64,000 nt of DNA, taken from Elusimicrobiota bacterium (lineage in GTDB: Bacteria; Elusimicrobiota; Elusimicrobia; F11). Where the stretch lies: positions 403,000 through 466,999 of the forward strand of contig JBGAON010000002.1 in NCBI GenBank assembly GCA_044221725.1. Reading direction: 5' to 3'. Under the pieces are notes generated by a model, which saw nothing but the letters and a program-made list of their open reading frames with translations, had not been told where the DNA came from and did no database searches. Both the position numbers and the translations under genes were made by a program. This document shows, piece by piece, positions 58,306 to 64,000 of the stretch (position 1 is its first letter; the number at the start of each line of letters is the position of its first letter).

Positions 58306-61300
58306 ATGCAACTTGAGCAATACCGGCGGATTCTCTCCGACCGCATCTTCGTGTTCGATGGTGCCATGGGCACCAACCTGCAGGCTTTCAACCCGACAAT
58401 CGATGACTATGAGGGAAAGGAAGGCTGCACAGAAGTTCTATGTTTCTCGAGACCGCAATGGTTGAAACAAATCCACGCGGACTTTTTCAAAGCGGGTTGC
58501 GACATCGTTGAAACCAATTCGTTCGGCGCGAACCGCATCGTTCTCGGCGAATATGGACTGGAATCGCAAGTTCTCGAGTACAACCGCGAAGCCGCGAAAA
58601 TTGCTCGCGAGGTCGCCCAACAATTCTCTACGCCGGACCACCCGCGTTTTGTTGCCGGTTCTATGGGCCCCGGTACAAAACTGCCGTCCCTGGGTCACAC
58701 GAATTTTGACACACTTCGGTTTAACTATGCCGAGCAGGCCGAAGGGTTGATCGAGGGCGGTGTCGATCTTCTTTTGATTGAAACCTCCCAAGATCTTCTT
58801 CAAGTGAAAGCCGCTATCAACGGTTGTTTGGACGCAATGAGGAAGACGAAAGTTCGCATTCCATTGAATGTTCAGGTGACAATTGAATCGACCGGTACGA
58901 TGCTCCTTGGCAGCGATATGGCCACCGCCATTTCTGTCATCGAATGTTTTCCCGTGGATACCATAGGCCTCAATTGCGCCACGGGCCCGCGCGAGATGAG
59001 CGAACATGTGCGCACGCTCGGCCAACTTACCAATCGGTACATTTCTGTTTTGCCGAACGCCGGTTTGCCCGAGAACGTCGGTGGAAAAGCGGTTTATAAG
59101 TTAACTCCAGCGGATTTGGCGGCTCACCTGGTCGAGTTTATTCATCAGCATGGTGTGAATGTGGTCGGGGGGTGTTGCGGAACGACGCCCGATCATTTGG
59201 CCGCTGTCGTTCAAGCGGTTTCTAAGATCACGCCGAAGCAGCGCACACCAAAACGCGTGGCCACCGTTGCAAGTTTGTACATGACCACACCCATTCGCCA
59301 AGAACCGGCACCGCTCATTATTGGTGAGCGCACGAACGCGAACGGTTCAAAACTTTTTCGTGAACTCCTTTTGGCCAACGATTACGATTCGATGGTGAAC
59401 GTGGCCAAGGAACAAGAGGCGGAAGGGGCGCATGTGCTGGACGTTTGCACCGCCTATGTTGGACGCAACGAAATCAAAGACATGGATGAGACAATCAAGC
59501 GGTTTGTGCTTCAAGCGCGCGTTCCGCTCATGATTGATTCCACCGAAGCACCGGTTATTGAATCGGCCCTCAAACTGTACGGTGGTAAGTCCATAATTAA
59601 TTCGATCAATCTTGAAGATGGCGAAGAAAGAATGGCCAAGATTTGTCCGATGCTGACCACCTACGGTGCGGCCGTCGTTGCTCTCACAATTGATGAGGCA
59701 GGAATGGCGAAGACCAAACAAAAGAAGGTAGAGATTGCAAAACGCATTTACGATCTCGCCGTCAAGAAATACGGGGTGCCGGGCGAGAATATTGTTTTTG
59801 ACACGCTTACCTTTACGCTCGGTAGCGGAGAAGAAGAATTCCGCAAAGCCGGCATTGAAACGATCGAAGCTATTCGCGAGATCAAACGCGAATTGCCCGA
59901 CGTGCACACCACGCTGGGAGTGAGCAATATTTCTTTTGGACTGCAGTCAGCGTCACGCGCGGTTCTCAATAGTGTGTTTTTGCATTACGCTATTGAGGCG
60001 GGTCTCGACTCGGCCATCGTTAACGCAAAAAAAATTATGCCGCTGTTCCAGATCGATGAAAAAGGTCGCGAGCTCGCGAGACAACTTGTTTTTGATGAAC
60101 GAAAATTTGGAGCCGACGGCATCTGCATTTACGATCCGCTTAAAGAATTTATGGCGTATTACGCCGGCGCGAAGGCGGATGCTGGGCCGACAGCAAAAGA
60201 GGAACCCAAATCGGTCGAAGAGAATTTGAAGCAGCGCATCATTAACGGCAACAAGCAAAACATCGAAAAAGTTTTAGAAACAGCACTCGAAAAATATTCA
60301 GCGCTCGATGTCATTAACACAATTTTGCTCGAAGGAATGCGGGTGGTGGGAGAATTGTTTGGCGCCGGCCAAATTCAGTTGCCGTTTGTGTTGCAGTCGG
60401 CCGAGACCATGAAAGCGGCGGTCCGTTATCTTGAACCGCACATTCCGAAAGTCGCTGGTGGCACATCGAAAGGGAAGCTTGTTATTGCGACCGTGAAAGG
60501 AGATGTCCACGACATCGGGAAGAATCTCGTGGACATTATTCTTTCAAACAACGGTTACACCGTGATCAATTTGGGGATCAAGCAGCCGATCGATGCTATT
60601 TTAAAAGCGGCCGAAGAACACAAACCGCACGCCATCGGCTTGTCGGGCCTTCTCGTTAAGTCCACCGCGGTCATGAAAGAGAATCTCGAGGAAATGAACA
60701 ACCGCAATATCACTTACGATGTAATTCTCGGCGGAGCCGCGCTCACGCGCAAATTTGTGGAAGTCGATTTGCGCGACATCTATAAAGGAAAGGTTTTTTA
60801 TGCGAACGACGCGTTCGCCGGGTTGCGCCTCATGGATGAACTCGTCGGTGCGGTGGCCGATAAAAAATTAACGACAATCCGAAAAAGGGAAGAAATCCTG
60901 GCAGCGACTTCAAAGGAATCGTCGTCGTTAAAATCGAAGCCAGTCACCAGCACGGGTGTTCTTATTCGATCAAAGGTTCCACCCAGTTTGTCGATTCCGA
61001 AGCCGCCTTTCTGGGGGGCGCGGGTTGTGCGTGGGATTGATTTGAAAGAAGTGTTTGCATTTATGAACGAAACGGCGTTGCTAAAGGTACGCTGGGGTTT
61101 TAAACGCGTGCGGGAAAATAGTCTCGAAGAATACAATCGAATGATGGAACAGACCGTGTATCCGCTTTACGAAAAATGGAAACAATACGTGTTGCGCGAG
61201 GGAATTTTTCATCCCCAAGTGGCGTACGGTTATTTTCCGTGTCAATCGGACGGGGATTCGCTCGTGATTTTTAATGAGGATTTGAAAACCGAACGACAGC

Positions 61301-61791
61301 GATACGTGTTCCCGCGGCAACACAAGGATCCGTATTTGTGCATCTCGGACTTCTTTCGGCCGCTCGGGTCGCCGGAGATGGACGTCATTGGGATGATGAT
61401 TGTCACCATCGGTTCCGACGCGACACCACGTATTCAGGAAATTTACAAGAGCAACCAATACACGGACTATTTGTATCTGCATGGGCTTAGTGTGGAAACC
61501 GCCGAAGCGCTCGCGGAGTATTGGCACAAACGAATTCGTTTGGAGTTGGGGATAGCGAACCAGGATTCTCCGACCCCACGCGACTTGTTCCAACAGAAAT
61601 ACCAAGGATCTCGCTACAGTTTTGGTTATCCCGCCTGTCCAAATCTTGAGGATCAAGTAAAAATATTTGATTTGCTTGAGCCCAATCGCATCGGCGTTGA
61701 GTTGTCCGAAGAATTTCAGCTTCATCCGGAACAATCAACGTCCGCCATCATCGTGCACCATCCCGACGCCAAGTATTTTTCCGTGGACTAA
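58306..61791 (+). CDS. metH: cobalamin-dependent methionine synthase
   Basis: 1161 aa; homocysteine-binding and pterin-binding barrels, B12-binding DxHxxG (DVHDIGKN), C-terminal AdoMet reactivation domain. Confidence 0.9.
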   Translation: MQLEQYRRILSDRIFVFDGAMGTNLQAFNPTIDDYEGKEGCTEVLCFSRPQWLKQIHADFFKAGCDIVETNSFGANRIVLGEYGLESQVLEYNREAAKIAREVAQQFSTPDHPRFVAGSMGPGTKLPSLGHTNFDTLRFNYAEQAEGLIEGGVDLLLIETSQDLLQVKAAINGCLDAMRKTKVRIPLNVQVTIESTGTMLLGSDMATAISVIECFPVDTIGLNCATGPREMSEHVRTLGQLTNRYISVLPNAGLPENVGGKAVYKLTPADLAAHLVEFIHQHGVNVVGGCCGTTPDHLAAVVQAVSKITPKQRTPKRVATVASLYMTTPIRQEPAPLIIGERTNANGSKLFRELLLANDYDSMVNVAKEQEAEGAHVLDVCTAYVGRNEIKDMDETIKRFVLQARVPLMIDSTEAPVIESALKLYGGKSIINSINLEDGEERMAKICPMLTTYGAAVVALTIDEAGMAKTKQKKVEIAKRIYDLAVKKYGVPGENIVFDTLTFTLGSGEEEFRKAGIETIEAIREIKRELPDVHTTLGVSNISFGLQSASRAVLNSVFLHYAIEAGLDSAIVNAKKIMPLFQIDEKGRELARQLVFDERKFGADGICIYDPLKEFMAYYAGAKADAGPTAKEEPKSVEENLKQRIINGNKQNIEKVLETALEKYSALDVINTILLEGMRVVGELFGAGQIQLPFVLQSAETMKAAVRYLEPHIPKVAGGTSKGKLVIATVKGDVHDIGKNLVDIILSNNGYTVINLGIKQPIDAILKAAEEHKPHAIGLSGLLVKSTAVMKENLEEMNNRNITYDVILGGAALTRKFVEVDLRDIYKGKVFYANDAFAGLRLMDELVGAVADKKLTTIRKREEILAATSKESSSLKSKPVTSTGVLIRSKVPPSLSIPKPPFWGARVVRGIDLKEVFAFMNETALLKVRWGFKRVRENSLEEYNRMMEQTVYPLYEKWKQYVLREGIFHPQVAYGYFPCQSDGDSLVIFNEDLKTERQRYVFPRQHKDPYLCISDFFRPLGSPEMDVIGMMIVTIGSDATPRIQEIYKSNQYTDYLYLHGLSVETAEALAEYWHKRIRLELGIANQDSPTPRDLFQQKYQGSRYSFGYPACPNLEDQVKIFDLLEPNRIGVELSEEFQLHPEQSTSAIIVHHPDAKYFSVD

Positions 61792-61807
61792 ATTGTAAGA
61801 TCCCGCC

Positions 61808-64000
61808 ATGCTACAGACCATTGTGCGTTTCTTCGCCGGGACGCGAAACGAACGCATCATTAAACAAATCCAACCGCTTGTTGATGAGATCAACACGCTT
61901 GAAGCGCAAATTCAGCCGCTGTCGAACGACGAACTTAAAGCGAAAACGACCGAATTTCGAAACGCGCTCGCCAACGGGAAAGCCCTCGACGAGATTCTTC
62001 CGGAGGCATTCGCCGTTGTGCGGGAAGCATCGAAGCGAACAATCGGTTTGCGGCATTTCGATGTGCAACTCATCGGTGGAATTGTCTTGCATCAAGGAAA
62101 AATTGCCGAGATGAAAACCGGTGAAGGGAAAACGCTTGTTGCCACGCTGCCGGCCTACTTGAACGCTCTCGAAGGAAAAGGCGTGCACATTGTGACCGTG
62201 AACGACTATCTGGCCAAGCGCGACCGTGAGTGGATGGGACCCATTTTCGAATTCCTTGGTCTGACCGTGGGTTTCATCCAACACGACATGCCGCTTCATC
62301 AGCACAAGGAAATGCATCACAAAGATATCACGTACATAACGAACAACGAATTGGGATTTGATTATCTGCGCGACAATCTTGTGCGCGTCGCCGAGCAACG
62401 TTCGCTGCGTCCGTTCAATTACGCGATCGTCGACGAAGTCGACTCCATCCTTATCGACGAAGCACGCACACCGCTGATCATTTCAGGGCAAGGGGACCCG
62501 GCCACGCAACGCTATTACGCGGCCGACAAATTGATTCCGCATTTGCAGGGCCGTTTCATCACCGAGAAAGAGGAAATTCAAGCGAAGTACACGAACACCG
62601 ATCTTTCGATCGGATACGATTTCATCGTGGATGAAAAAAATCACAGCGTCGTATTGACCGAGCAAGGGATTCAGAAATGCGAGCGAATGTTGAAGGTGCC
62701 GTCGTTGTACGACGATTTGCAAAACGAATGGGTTCACCATATTACGACGGCGCTCCGTGCGCACAATCTTTACAAGAAAGACGTTCACTATGTCGTAAAA
62801 GACGGCGAAGTCATCATCGTTGACGAGTTTACGGGTCGCTTGATGCCGGGCCGCCGTTGGTCGGACGGTTTGCACCAAGCGGTCGAAGCAAAAGAGCACA
62901 TGCGCATCGCGGAGGAAAACCAAACGCTCGCGACGGTCACGTTCCAAAACTTCTTCCGTCAATTTAAGAAACTTTCTGGAATGACCGGCACAGCGCTCAC
63001 CGAAGCCGACGAGTTCTGGCAGATCTACAAATTGGACGTTGTTGCGATTCCATCCAACAAGCCGAACATCCGTGTCGATTATGCGGACCGGATTTTCCGA
63101 ACAGAACGTGAAAAATTTAACGCGATCATCGATGAAATTGATGGGCTTTGGAAAAAGGGGCAACCGGTTCTTGTTGGTACGCGATCCATCGAAAAATCGG
63201 AAGCGCTGTCGGCGCTGCTGCGTCGCAAAGGAATCCCGCACCAGGTGTTGAACGCGAAGTACCACCAACAGGAAGCGCAAATTATTGCGCAAGCCGGACG
63301 AAAAGGTGCTGTCACGATCGCGACCAATATGGCGGGGCGCGGCACGGACATTTTGCTCGGTGGAAATCCGCAAGATGCGCAGGAAGCGGAGACGGTTCGT
63401 GTGGCCGGTGGCTTGCATGTTCTCGGCTCCGAGCGTCACGAATCACGCCGTATTGATAACCAACTGCGGGGGCGAACGGGCCGACAAGGCGATCCGGGGA
63501 GTTCGCGTTTCTATTTATCCCTTGAAGACGAACTCATGCGTTTGTTCGGTTCGGAGAGAATTTCCGCCATCATGGGAAAGCTTGGAATGGAAGAAGGGGA
63601 AGACATTCAGCATCCTTGGATCAACCGCGGCGTGGCCAACGCTCAAGCAAAAGTCGAAGCGATGAATTTCGATATTCGCAAACAGGTGCTTGATTACGAC
63701 AATGTCATGAACAAGCAGCGCGAAGCAATTTATCGGCTGCGTAACGCAATCCTCGACAAGTCGGATATGACCGAGCGCACCAAAGATATGATCCAAGAAG
63801 CGATTGAGGATCAACTTGCTGCTGTGGCGCCAAAAAATGCGGATGTGTCTCGTTGGGATTTCGAAACGTTAAAAGCATGGCTCAAAGCGGATTTTGGTAT
63901 TGAATGGACGGTGCCTGTCGAAGAGATTAACGGGCGAGAAAATCTTGAAGATCGGCTCAAAGAAGCCATCCAGAAAGCCCACGACGTGCGACAGGCGGAA
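61808..64000 (+). CDS. secA: preprotein translocase ATPase SecA (5' part; continues past window end)
   Basis: Read directly from the + strand: [20 protein letters not shown]..., Walker [13 protein letters not shown] box, frame open to position 64000. Not in the ORF track because it has no stop in the window; the listed minus-strand ORFs here are antisense artefacts. Confidence 0.9.
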   Translation, partial: MLQTIVRFFAGTRNERIIKQIQPLVDEINTLEAQIQPLSNDELKAKTTEFRNALANGKALDEILPEAFAVVREASKRTIGLRHFDVQLIGGIVLHQGKIAEMKTGEGKTLVATLPAYLNALEGKGVHIVTVNDYLAKRDREWMGPIFEFLGLTVGFIQHDMPLHQHKEMHHKDITYITNNELGFDYLRDNLVRVAEQRSLRPFNYAIVDEVDSILIDEARTPLIISGQGDPATQRYYAADKLIPHLQGRFITEKEEIQAKYTNTDLSIGYDFIVDEKNHSVVLTEQGIQKCERMLKVPSLYDDLQNEWVHHITTALRAHNLYKKDVHYVVKDGEVIIVDEFTGRLMPGRRWSDGLHQAVEAKEHMRIAEENQTLATVTFQNFFRQFKKLSGMTGTALTEADEFWQIYKLDVVAIPSNKPNIRVDYADRIFRTEREKFNAIIDEIDGLWKKGQPVLVGTRSIEKSEALSALLRRKGIPHQVLNAKYHQQEAQIIAQAGRKGAVTIATNMAGRGTDILLGGNPQDAQEAETVRVAGGLHVLGSERHESRRIDNQLRGRTGRQGDPGSSRFYLSLEDELMRLFGSERISAIMGKLGMEEGEDIQHPWINRGVANAQAKVEAMNFDIRKQVLDYDNVMNKQREAIYRLRNAILDKSDMTERTKDMIQEAIEDQLAAVAPKNADVSRWDFETLKAWLKADFGIEWTVPVEEINGRENLEDRLKEAIQKAHDVRQAE

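Overview
This 64 kb window reads as a gene-dense chromosomal segment of a diderm (Gram-negative-type) bacterium, about 52% GC, dominated by housekeeping genes with several accessory-looking modules embedded in it. All calls rest on reading the supplied six-frame translations and the raw sequence against remembered family motifs; no database search, HMM, tRNA-scan or folding program was run, so products are recall-based and start codons are approximate. Housekeeping blocks in conserved order: partial tRNA-Val then thrS; infC-rpmI-rplT-pheS-pheT; zapB-like/zapA/rarA/ygfA; dxs-tlyA; leuS-lptE-holA; rpsT divergent from murJ; cysD-cysN; mrcA; an ExbB/ExbD/TonB-like set; metH; and the 5' part of secA. 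No integrase, transposase, CRISPR array or phage gene was seen, and the tRNA-Asn at 26909-26980 is not flanked by island hallmarks. The candidates most worth follow-up are: (1) a three-gene operon of two paralogous small two-transmembrane proteins with a HAMP-like cytoplasmic motif plus a polytopic membrane protein (43557-45945); (2) a KaiC homologue translationally coupled to a pseudo-receiver histidine kinase (27218-29870); (3) a 1161-residue secreted NHL/transglutaminase-like/TPR protein with a long upstream region and a small secreted neighbour (53805-58286); (4) a UvrC paralogue lacking the C-terminal HhH domain next to a stand-alone Ogt C-terminal domain (23094-24721); (5) a CysN with a degenerate APS-kinase-like C-terminal domain. 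I cannot say which, if any, is a genuinely undescribed system.
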